The notes under the pieces: generated by a model
Told to the model about the DNA's origin: nothing
The model's database searches: none
The model's input: the letters and a program-made list of their open reading frames with translations, nothing else
Shown: in pieces, positions 10,906 through 21,568 of the stretch
Numbering within the stretch: the stretch's first letter is position 1
Layout of the letters: every line of letters starts with the position of its first letter
Assembly: GCA_010093705.1 (NCBI GenBank)
Contig: MU006091.1
Coordinates: forward strand, 1,798,001-1,828,131
Source of the DNA: Patellaria atrata CBS 101060
Taxonomy: Eukaryota
Length of the DNA stretch: 30,131 nt
Direction: 5' to 3'
Translations under genes and position numbers: made by a program

Positions 10906-11584
10906 ACCGCAGGTCGCTTGTCAGACCATCTAGGAGTAGGATTATTTTAAAGAACCCATTGCAGTCACTACTCATCTGAAGTTTTCAGCGTCGCATCTTC
11001 TTGCCGCCTCGACCCGAGAGGAAACCGAACAAGTTGTCTTATATGCAATGCACTATCTATTCATCTTGGCGCGAATCGCTACAGAAACGGCCCTACTATC
11101 ATTTACTGGGAAGAAGTGCGTTCGTGTTCTCTTCGCTGCCGTATTCTCTATCCACGGTAACTATGAATACCTTACGTTATGGTAGATGTTTGATTTATTA
11201 TGTTTGCTTAAGATTGTGCGACCCGAATTTCATCAAAGGCTGAACGATTGTTGGTTCGGACGTACTCCGTACTGAATGGGGCAGGAGGATGTTTTATACG
11301 TCTCGCCCACCTCCACGCCCTAGGCACCCGCCAATCTTGACCCTATACATCTCTACGACCCACGCACCTTCTATCTAGAACGAAGGGGACCCACGCATCT
11401 TCTATCTACAATATTCACCGAGAGGACAGGAATCGCGGGTTGTACCCTCCTCTCGTGGTTACTGGAATAGGAGTAGGAATGCTGGTAATACTAATGGTAT
11501 AAAGAGAAGGTGATTGTCGCACGGGATAGTTACCCTAAAGTTGAATAGTATGTTGTGCAGCATTAACATCTGATATCCCGCTAT

Positions 11585-12541
11585 CTATAATCGTTCTGTA
11601 CCAAACGCCCGCTGAAGAAACGCAACCTGCGCATCAAGTACCTTCTCCGAATCATGACCACTCATGATATTCATATGCGCTTTATTTGGTACGGTATGCA
11701 ACAGTTTCGGCTCTGACAGAGCGTCATAAACCAGCTCTTTCTGAAGATCCGCCGGCGAGATCAAATCCAACTCCCCTGTCACCACCATCGAAGGTGTCGG
11801 GGTCACAGATTCCAGCAGCGGGAAAGGTTGAAAAGCAGCGATGTGGTAGTAGCTGCTCAACGTGGTTTCCGGTACGAAATTCGGCTGCAACTCGACGGCC
11901 CGTGTGATGATATTGCCCACATCTTCCTGCTCAAAGCCGGTACCGAACCCTGCCGGTTGCTCTCCTTCATCTGTCAACATGGGAAGGTACACAGGTCGAT
12001 TACCGGATAGGCGGGACTCTCGCTCCTTCATCGATTTAGCCAGGACTTGTCTCCACTTGGTGAAATGCCAGATGGTCAGCGGTGAGATGGCAACAACGGC
12101 CTTGGCGCGCTTATCGAGTGCTGCTGCGCACAGGGCTACCATACCGCTGAATGAGTAGCCCCAATAGGCTATGCGCTTGGGATCGACCATGGTGTGCTTT
12201 TTGAGAGACGTCAGCGCGTCGTGATAGTCCTCGATGTTTTTGACGGGGTTGGTTTCGTTTCGCGGCATACCATCGCTCGCTCCAATTGATCTTGGATCGT
12301 AACTCAAGACGGTGAAGCCCGCAGCGAAGAAGTATTCTGCCACATCAGAAATGATCGTCTCCTTTGTCATGTTGAACTGTATCACTTTGTTAGAAGAGCA
12401 CTACGCTGCACAGTCGGATCCGTCTTTACATACCCCGGGAGTCATAATTATAGCTGGACCTCTTCGGGCTGCAGGGAAGAGCCAACCTCGAAGTGTGAGC
12501 CCATCAAGGGTTGGGAAGCTGAAATCCTCTCTCCCTTTCAT
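11585..12541 (-). CDS. Alpha/beta-hydrolase, trans-acting polyketide thioesterase/thiohydrolase, 299 aa; exons 12541-12434, 12376-11585
   Basis: [23 protein letters not shown]..., [11 protein letters not shown], nucleophile elbow WGYSFSG, candidate acid in GELD and His in KAH. Divergently paired with the PKS, an arrangement seen in HR-PKS clusters with a stand-alone releasing hydrolase. Confidence 0.9.
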
Positions 12542-13259
12542 GGCGTAAGGAGCAATTCAAGAAAAGATCTTCGATGTGAGCTGGTGTAGCTGCGGATGCC
12601 AGTTAGTACGATACAAACAATACATAAAATGCTACTTAGGGTTCCTAGGCATAAATCCTATTTTGTAATTGTAAGTTCATATCGTGGCCATTTTGCAGAC
12701 TTGGAATATTCTCACTGTTGTGTAACGGAAAGATGCGTAAGATGATCCCCATAATACGTAGCTTACTATGCCTTGCTTGAGGTCGCCTCGTGAACCACCT
12801 TACGGCATCCACTAAGAGTATTAAATGCTTACCGGCAGATCATTGGATGTCAACGTACGATCATGCAAGTAAGCTTGTTACATCTACGAGAGTGGATATA
12901 CTTAGGGCTGCACATAAGCCGCATAGACCATGGAACGGCTTGTGAATTTGTATCAAGGACGTTGATGAAATTCGGGATCACAGGTTCATGAGCATATGGT
13001 AAAGTCCCAATGAAGAGAAGTGGCTACGCTAACTATCAATGCTTGAATAAGATAGAGACAAAACCTTACAGCGGTTGATGAAGCACCTTATGGCCGCTAA
13101 ACATAGAAGTAAGCAATGGTCTTACGTCTTGTTTCTAATCATCTATTAGGTTAATTCTAAATCTATCTCTACACCCCTTCATTGTCTGGTTGAGAAGAAA
13201 ACGTTATTGACAAGGCTCACTCCAAAAGACTTCAATGTTGAACAGATGCAACCTTCACA
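12542..13259. promoter_or_regulatory. Divergent promoter region shared by the thioesterase and PKS, rich in CTTAC/GTAAG
   Basis: Head-to-head ATGs at 12541 (-) and 13260 (+); ten CTTAC/GTAAG copies counted by eye. Confidence 0.7.
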
Positions 13260-16200
13260 ATGGTGATTCACAGCGCATCCACGAGCTACTCAAGTTCGGC
13301 GAATTCAACAATCACCAGCAACTGTTCCAGTGATGATGGACTTACCGGACTGCAAGATGTGGCGGATATACGTGGCCCTGGCCATCGTACCCAAGTGCCT
13401 ATCGCCATTGTTGGTATGAGTTGCCGTCTCCCTGGTCATAGCAGCTCCCCAACAGCTCTGTGGGACTTTCTCCAGCGAGGTGGAGTAGCAAAGAATGAGC
13501 CACCAGCGTCGCGCTTCAACCTCGCTGGCCATTATGACAAGACAAGACGGGCGCGAACCATGAAATCTCCTGGTGGTATGTTCATGGAGGATGTGGATCC
13601 CGCAGTTTTTGACGGTCAATTTTTCAATATAAATCGGGTGGACTGCATCGCCATGGATCCGCAGCAACGTCAACTTCTGGAAGTCACATATGAATGCTTG
13701 GAAAATGCCGGAATACCACTACAGACGTTAAATGGATCCAAAACGGGAGTGATTGTCGGTGCAAACTTCATCGGTGAGTGCTGCCCTATACCGTTCAGTT
13801 TTATTCCCATACCCTTGACTAATTGTCTCCAGACTATGCGGCCGTCCAGAATCGTGATCCAGAGGATAGGGCTGACTCTATCACAATCGGGCTCGCCACG
13901 TCAATTCTAAGCAATCGAATCAGCCACTTCTTGAACTTGAATGGCCCAAGGTACGTACACGGCTATAAAGCCATCAACGAACCGGAAACTCAGTACTGCG
14001 GAAGTTCATTAGCTTACTCTTGTTATCTCGCTCTAGCATGACATTAGATACCGCTTGCTCAGCGAGCTTAGTCTCCGTTGATGTTGCCTGTCGCTACTTG
14101 GATAGTTTCCAGGCGGATGGGATGATCGTAGGAGGAGCGAATATGTGGCTTACTCCAGAACACAACGAGGAAATCGGCATGATGCACATGACACAATCTG
14201 CGTCGGGAAAGTGCCATAGCTTCGATGAAAAGGCAGATGGGTACGTTAAAGCTGAGGGAATCAACATCATTTATCTTAAAAGACTGGACGACGCCATCCG
14301 TGACAACGATCCGATACGGGCCGTTATCCGAGGAACAGCTTCCAACGCGTCGGGTCGCACTGCCGGTCTTGCAAATCCCAGCGCAGATGCTCAAGCTGCC
14401 GTTACCAGAATGGCGTATAAGAATGCTGGTATCAGCGATTTTCGTGCAACACAATTCCTCGAGTGTCACGGAACGGGTACCCTAGCTGGTGATCCAATCG
14501 AGGTGAAAGGCGCCGCATCTGTCTTTGGAGCTGGCCGTTCGGACGGGCAGGAGTTGGTAATTGGGTCAATTAAAAGTAATATTGGCCATTCCGAGGCAGC
14601 CGCTGGCCTCTCGGGTTTGATCAAGGCAACACTTGCTGTAGAGCACGGCATCATTCCTGGAAATCCTACTTTTACCAAACCAAACCCTAAAATCGACTTC
14701 AAGGCATCTCGTATCCGCGTCAGCCGGACATCCGTCAAGTGGCCTAGCGGAGCATCTATCCGACGGGCCAGCGTCAACTCATTCGGGTTTGGAGGTGCAA
14801 ACGCTCATGCAGTGATTGAGAATGCTATCACTTCTCCACACATCTCGTCATTCCAACGTGTGACGAAAGATTTCTTCGACGACGAGGATGATGAAGAGGA
14901 AAAGGAAGAGGAAGGGGGTACAGAACGCACAATGACACCCAAAGTGTTGGTCTTCTCAGCCAACGACCCTCTATCCCTTCAGAACTACATCAAGGCGTTA
15001 TCCTCTCACCTCCTTAATCCTGTAGTGTCGATTGATATTGAAGATTTAGCATATACACTCTCTCAGAGGAGAAGCCAACACTACTGTCGAGCGTTTTCTG
15101 TCACACGTTCTAGCAAGGGATTACTTGATGAAGAAACCATTATGATGGGAAAGCAGGCACCGTTGCCACCTCGAATTGGCCTCGTATTCACCGGTCAAGG
15201 CGCCCAGTGGTCTCAAATGGGTTCGAATCTAGTGAGAGACTTCCCATTTGCACGGAAGGTTATCGGTGATTTGGACAAAGTGTTACAGACTGTGGAAGAG
15301 CCACCTCAGTGGTCCCTGCTTGAGGAGCTCACTGCCGCTCGAAGCAGCGAAGTTCTCCGCCAGCCTGAGTTTTCGCAGCCGCTGGTAACTGCATTACAAT
15401 TGGCACTTCTAGAGGTTCTCAACAACTGGGGTATTCGTCCTCACGCTGTTGTGGGACACTCCTCGGGTGAGATTGCCGCAGCTGCCGCAGCAGGACTTAT
15501 CACATATGCCGATGCAATCAAAACAGCATTCTATCGCGGACAGGCTGCCAAGAAAGTAGTCACTTCTACCGAACCTGTGGGTATGCTAGCGGTAGGCGTT
15601 AGTCCTGATAAAATAAAGAAGTATCTTCAATCAGAAGAAGGCAACGTCCAGATTGCGTGTTACAACAGCCCAGACAGTTTGACCATGTCAGGCACTGTTG
15701 CCGCCTTGGAAAGCCTCCGCATTCATCTTCAAGCAGATGGTCATTTCGCAAGAATGCTGCTGGTTGACCTGGCGTATCACTCTCAATATATGAGAGAAAT
15801 AGGAGTCATATATGAGCAGATGCTACTACGTGACCAGCTGTTCCACAATCAACCCAGTAGTCCTCAACCAGATGTGCAAATGTTCAGTTCCGTTCTGGGG
15901 AGGTTGATGCAGGCTGATGAAAAGCTAGATGCGGCATATTGGAAGAAGAACATGGTCTCACCTGTGCAATTTACCCAGGCCACGTCAGAAATGCTCCGGA
16001 ACGTCCAATTTGGCGCGAACTTTCTGATCGAACTCGGCCCAAGCAATGCGCTCTCTGGCCCGATCGCGCAGATCAAGAAGAACATCAGCGACACTGTCGC
16101 TAGGGATACCGTATATGTTTCAGCGCTTAAACGCGGTGCTGACTCGACGCTCGCCATGTATCAGACGGCTGGCCAGCTATACCTTGCCGGTGGCACTATC

Positions 16201-19200
16201 GACTTGAGTAAAGTGAACATGATAGACAAGCATTCTGCTAAACTTATTGTCGACCTACCTAATTATGCTTGGAACCACTCAAACCGATATTGGCACGAGA
16301 CCAGGGCCAGCAAAGACTGGCGTTTCAAAAAATTCGTTAACCATGACCTCCTTGGCTCCAAAGTCCCTGGGACCGATTGGCGGGCGCCTTTATTCAAGAA
16401 AGTACTGAAGGTAGCAAATGTCCCCTGGCTACGTGACCATAAGTTAGGCAGTGAGATTGTCTTCCCGGCAGCCGCGTATGTGTCGATGGCTGTAGAAGCT
16501 ATGTATCAGACCGCAATGTCGACACACTGGGACCATCAGGTACCAACTCGCTATCGATTCCGGTTGAAAAATGTGCAGCTGCTTCGAGCTCTTGTGTTGG
16601 AAGAAAATGGAGACGTTCGCTTAACACTGGCTTTAACACCTATTAAGGGGTGCTCCACGCGATCCTGGTACGAGTATCGTGTGTGCTCAGTGCAGGAATC
16701 GCTCCAAAACGACCCAGTGCACAGTACCGGTTTGGTGTGCGTTGAGACCAACTATCAGGTGACTAACCACCAAATTGAGAATATGGAACCGTTAGACTTG
16801 CCCACGCCTGCTCACGTGTGGTATAAGGCACTGGCTGATCTCGGATATAATTTTGGCCCTTGCTTTCGTAAACATCTAATGGTAGAAGCAACTATTGGTA
16901 AGCGAAATACACGCTCCACTGTCAACCTTGAACCTCCGCCGTCCATCCCCCTCGGCCAATCCTACTACCCAATACATCCAGCTGTCATGGATTCCTGTTT
17001 CCAGACAGGATCGCCATCACTATGGAATTGCGAACCACCCACATCGGGAGGAACTGTACTTGTCCCTAAAATTATTGATAGCATCGTTGTTGAAGCAAAT
17101 CGAGACTTGCCAACAGAAGGTATAGCATTGTCGTCCGCAAAGTTCGTTGGTGTTGGAAACGCAGCGCTCCCTAGGAACTATGCCACAAGTGTGAAGCTAT
17201 TCGATCCTCGAGACGGCACCTTTCTTTTCGAGATGGAAGGTCTACATTCGGGCGAGATTGAGATGAGCGACATTGCGAATCCGGCCCATACATTCACTCG
17301 CCTTGCCTGGGATGCAGATGTCGACATGCTCATGGCAACATCCAACACAGTGGCTGTACAGCAGTGGCTTAGGACCAAAGAGCTTCATGACGTTTTCAAT
17401 ATGATAGCGCATAAAACCCCTGGCTTAAGTCTCTTGGAACTGAATTTGAATCCCGAAGATGTTTCCAGCCTCTGGTTAGAGGAGACAGATAGAATGAACC
17501 ACATCCGAACCGTTTGCTCACAGTATCATGTTGGCGTCCGGGATCCCAAAGCGGTCTTCCGTGCCGCAGAGCAAATGGCTTCACAAGTCTCCAGCTCACA
17601 GATACATGTCGTGGACACCTCTAAGGCTGCTGCCGTGGTCCCCGGTATTGGTTTCGACTTAGCAATCGTGAAGACAAATCCACAGACTAGAGCAGAAGCA
17701 GGTATTATTATTAAGAGCCTCGCTTTATCATTAAGGCCAGGAGCATATGTCATCACTATCGGAATCGACGACGTACCACTTAGAAGTCTCGGACAAACAG
17801 TTCGCCTCAGGGACAATATCCACCTCTGTCATTTTGAGAATAGAATACGAGAGGGCGCGCATCCGAATATCACTCATGTGAGCCTTCTTGATCTCGAAAC
17901 GCAGCGAACATGCGACATGGCTCAGGTTATTGACGCTCTCCGGGCAAATCAGTGGGTTATACAAACCAGCTCTGCTCCACTTAATGACATCAAGTCCAGC
18001 ACAGATGTTGTGGTCATCATCGACGAATTGTTTTCTTCCGTCATGGATTCACTTGAAGAGCGGCAATGGGATGTGCTCAAGTACCTCGCTGAGAAGCGTT
18101 GCCGTCTTCTTTGGGTCACCGCCGGTGCACATTTATCCGTAACTGATCCAACCAAGGCAGCTATTGCTGGCCTAATTCGCGCCATTCGCGCGGAGGAACA
18201 GCTAAGTTTCATGACTCTTGATGTTGAGAGTGCCACTGGCAATGCCACTAATGTAGCCATTTCGCTATGTCTTGAATGGCTGTGTGTATCCGACACCTTC
18301 AAGCGCGATGTTCCGAGGGATAGTGAGTTCGTTGAGCGAGGAGGTATCATATACACCAGTCGACTTGTTCCTGACGCTGCTCTCACAGCACTACAGAGCG
18401 ATCATGTCGCCGATAGGCCCACTGACATAACTGATCTGCATGCATGCAAAGCTCTCGTTCAACTACGCTGTGAACGTCTGGGCAACCTAGACAGTTTGCA
18501 TTTCGACGAGACACTATCCAATGAGGTCCCACTGCCGAATGGTTTGCTTGAAGTAAAGGTTTGCGCGGCGGGTCTGAATTATAAAGACGTCGTCGTTAGT
18601 ATGGGCACTGTTCCAGGAGACGAATCGCAGCTAGGCCATGAAGCAGCTGGTGTGGTCACGCAAATTTCTCCAGGCATATCAGATTTCAAGGTTGGAGACC
18701 GTGTTGTGGTATTCGGCAAGGGATGTTTCGCAAATCTGATACGAACTACCCCATCGCGTGCGTATCGTATTCCTGATAACGTGTCATTCGAAGAGGCTGC
18801 GACTCTTGCCGTGGTCTACTTAACAAGCATCTACTCGCTCTTTGACCAGGGCAATCTTTCCGCAGGAAAGACTGTTCTTATTCACTCTGCTGCTGGAGGC
18901 GTGGGTATAGCGGCCATTCAGCTTGCCCAGTATGCCGGAGCCGATGTATTTGTAACGGTTGGTACTCCTGAAAAGAGACACTTTCTCCAGTCGACTTTCG
19001 GCCTGAGCGATAACCGTGTTTTTGGTTCTCGCAATACGGATTTCGGTGATCAAATTTTAGCGGTAACAAATGGCCGTGGAGTAGACGTCGTACTCAATTC
19101 GCTCACTGGTGACATGCTCGATGAGTCGTTCCGCATCCTGGCAGATGGGGGTATCATGGTCGAGATCGGAAAGAAGGATATCCTAGAGCGTAATAGTTTG

Positions 19201-20731
19201 TCCATGAGGCCGTTCGACCGCAACATCTCATTTAGAGCAGTTGATCTGTCTCCCGAACGCACTCCCGATGCACTCGTGGCCCGACTCATGTCTAAGCTCT
19301 TTAAGCTCCTCATAGGTGGCCATATCAAGCCAATCAAACCAATGCACTGCTTTTCTTGGGCTGAAGTTCCGTCTGCATTTCGATTCTTGAGACCGGGAAC
19401 ACATATTGGTAAGGTTGTGCTGTCGGATGATCCCGATATAAAGATTCAGGTTCCGGTACGTGCAAAAGCCTAATTATTTCTAGCCATAGTTCTCCAGTAG
19501 CCCCAGCTAACTTTTTTATTGTTTTAGATTCGTAGAGCACCACCAAAACTTCATTTCCGTGACGATGGTTGTTATATGATTGTTGGCGGGCTTCGTGGTC
19601 TCTGCGGTTCTCTTGCCGTCTACCTAGCTAAAACAGGAGCCAAATTCCTTGCTGTGATTTCTCGCAGCGGATATTTAGATGACAAGTCACAGAGGGTTAT
19701 AAAACAGATTAAAGCTCTCGGAGCGTATATCGATCTTCTCACTATAGATGTTACGAAGGCAATAGAGGTCAAGAACGCTTTCAAGCAGACAACCAAACCC
19801 GTTGCCGGTATTATCCAAGGTGCTATGGTCCTACGGGTAAGTTTATATTTATAATTGATACCAGGCATTCTCCTAACGTATTTATCACTAGGACCGAGCC
19901 TTTGATCAAATGACACTCGCCGAGTACCATGAAGCAATCCAATGCAAGATCCGTGGTACATGGAACCTACATAATGCTGCCGAATCGCTAAGTCTCAATC
20001 TGGACTTTTTCACTCTTCTCTCAAGCATTTCCGGCATCATCGGCAACCGCGGCCAGGCCAACTACGCAGCCGCGAATACATTCCTCGATGCTTTCGCCGC
20101 ATTCCGTCACTCCCGAGGGCAGGCTGCCTGCTCAGTCGATCTCGGTGTCATCGAGGATGCCGGTGTGATCGCTGAGAATACCAAACTACAAGCTCAGTTT
20201 GATGGGCGGATATTTAGGGGCATCAATGATGGATTGCTGCGTAAAATTGTCGGTCTATCAGTACTTCAACAGGAGAGTCCTGCGCCCAGTCCAGCGGCAC
20301 AAACGCAAATTATTACCGGCCTTATCACTCCTCAACCATCTTACTCGAGCTTGAAACGCGACGCACGTTTTTCAGCCCTCTTCACCAGTGATAAAAGCAC
20401 TGATGACGGTGATTCTGGCGCTAAAAGGGGAAACACAGAGGTGCAAATAGTGCTGATGATGTTACGGACCGAGTCGATCGACGTGGCAGCAAAGCTAAAC
20501 GCGGTGGTGGACTTAGTTAATGCGAGCTTCATGCGCATTCTACAACTTCCGGAGCCGATGGATCCAGCGCGCCCGTTGTCAGTGTATGGCATCGATTCCT
20601 TAGCGGCGGTGGAGTTACGGAATTGGGTGAGGACGGAGCTCGGTGCATTGGTTACGACTTTGGATGTGCTGAATGCTAGCTCGTTAAATAAGCTTGGTGA
20701 AAGGATTATAGCGAAGATTATCGGTGAGTAG
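13260..20731 (+). CDS. Highly reducing iterative type I PKS, KS-AT-DH-(no functional cMT)-ER-KR-ACP, 2399 aa; exons 13260-13773, 13833-13950, 14037-19455, 19528-19836, 19892-20731
   Basis: KS DTACSAS / HGTGT / GHSE; AT GHSSGEI and AYHS; DH LRDHKLGSEIVFP and HPAVMD; ER LIHSAAGGVG; KR GGLRGLCG, VLRD and YAAAN; ACP GIDSL. The SAM-binding GxGxG is missing (LLELNLNPED at the equivalent place). Four GT-AG introns give 7200 nt in frame. Confidence 0.96.
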
Positions 20732-20791
20732 GGAGAGATTAAAGCGTCAAGATCGAATATCTTGATTATTTCATAACTTAAATAGGAGAAC

Positions 20792-21088
20792 TAGCGCCTT
20801 CCATATAGCCTTTGCCAATGGATGGACACCTTTCTAAGTGACAGGAAAATGCAACTGGCTTTCAATGGAGAAAGGCAGGAAAAGTGCAACGTAGAGGTGG
20901 GAATACCACAAGGATCGCCGATCTCACCTATACTATTCCTAATCTATATTGGGGAAATCTGTAAAGACATTAAAGGGATCCAGAAACTGAGCTACGTTGA
21001 TGATTTTTCGGTAACAGTAATTTCAACGTCTGTTAAGAACTATGAAGTCACAACGATAGCAGATATAATCAGAGAGAATTCCTCATAA
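20792..21088 (+). pseudogene. Fragment of a non-LTR (LINE-type) reverse transcriptase
   Basis: RLPYSLCQWMDTFLSDRK...GIPQGSPISPILFLIYI...SYVDDF are LINE RT motifs; truncated on both sides. Confidence 0.85.
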
Positions 21089-21138
21089 GAAAGGGTAATA
21101 GTGAAATATTCTTCCTACAGCATAATGCGGTCAAATCC

Positions 21139-21407
21139 TGTTAGATGGTGAGGTTCGCTACCGGGTAAATGGATGCTTACTAGTTCAAAACAGTGGTGAA
21201 AACAATGGTATGGAACGGTAGCTTGAGACAGAGCGTCAAACCGTATTAAAACAGATCTCTGACGAGAGCACGGATCTGTGGTGTTTTATCTGTTCTCTTT
21301 CTGACCCAGTATCATTGTCAACTGTTCAGTATATAGTCCATATCTCTCTCAGTAGTTGCAAATCAAGCGATATATTCAGTGCACCTGCAGATCCAGTTTA
21401 TCTCACA
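21139..21407 (+). repeat. 5' LTR (269 bp)
   Basis: TG...CA termini (TGTTAGA...TCTCACA); both ends are matched by the solo LTR at 2392-2734. Confidence 0.88.
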
Positions 21408-21418
21408 GTTATGAGCCC
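21408..21418 (+). other. Primer-binding site
   Basis: GTTATGAGCCC immediately after the LTR, resembling the GGTTATGAGCCC PBS common in fungal copia elements. Confidence 0.7.
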
Positions 21419-21568
21419 GGACTTTGTGCTGTTTTGAAGCCGTACATCTTGCTCAATTTCGATCCGTTTATACTCATCTCATTTTGAATCGATATATCCG
21501 AATCTTTTGAAGTCAGCTGTGCTGCTCCACCGTTGTTTACATCCATCTCTTGTGCTATCAATTTAAAT

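Larger units (their letters stand above)
3326..20731. other. Six-gene HR-PKS/thioesterase biosynthetic gene cluster (predicted macrolactone or medium-ring lactone)
   Basis: Contiguous P450, SDR, BBE-like oxidase, bZIP-ankyrin regulator, alpha/beta-hydrolase and HR-PKS. All spliced models are open and the block is bounded by transposon remnants. Confidence 0.9.

Noticed and set aside
17380..17800. C-methyltransferase domain in the PKS
   Set aside because: The region is short and lacks the glycine-rich SAM-binding motif; treated as a vestigial pseudo-MT.
13305..20592. Numerous antisense and off-frame ORFs over the PKS, and similar ones over the other cluster genes and the copia
   Set aside because: They overlap well-supported genes and show no recognisable motifs.
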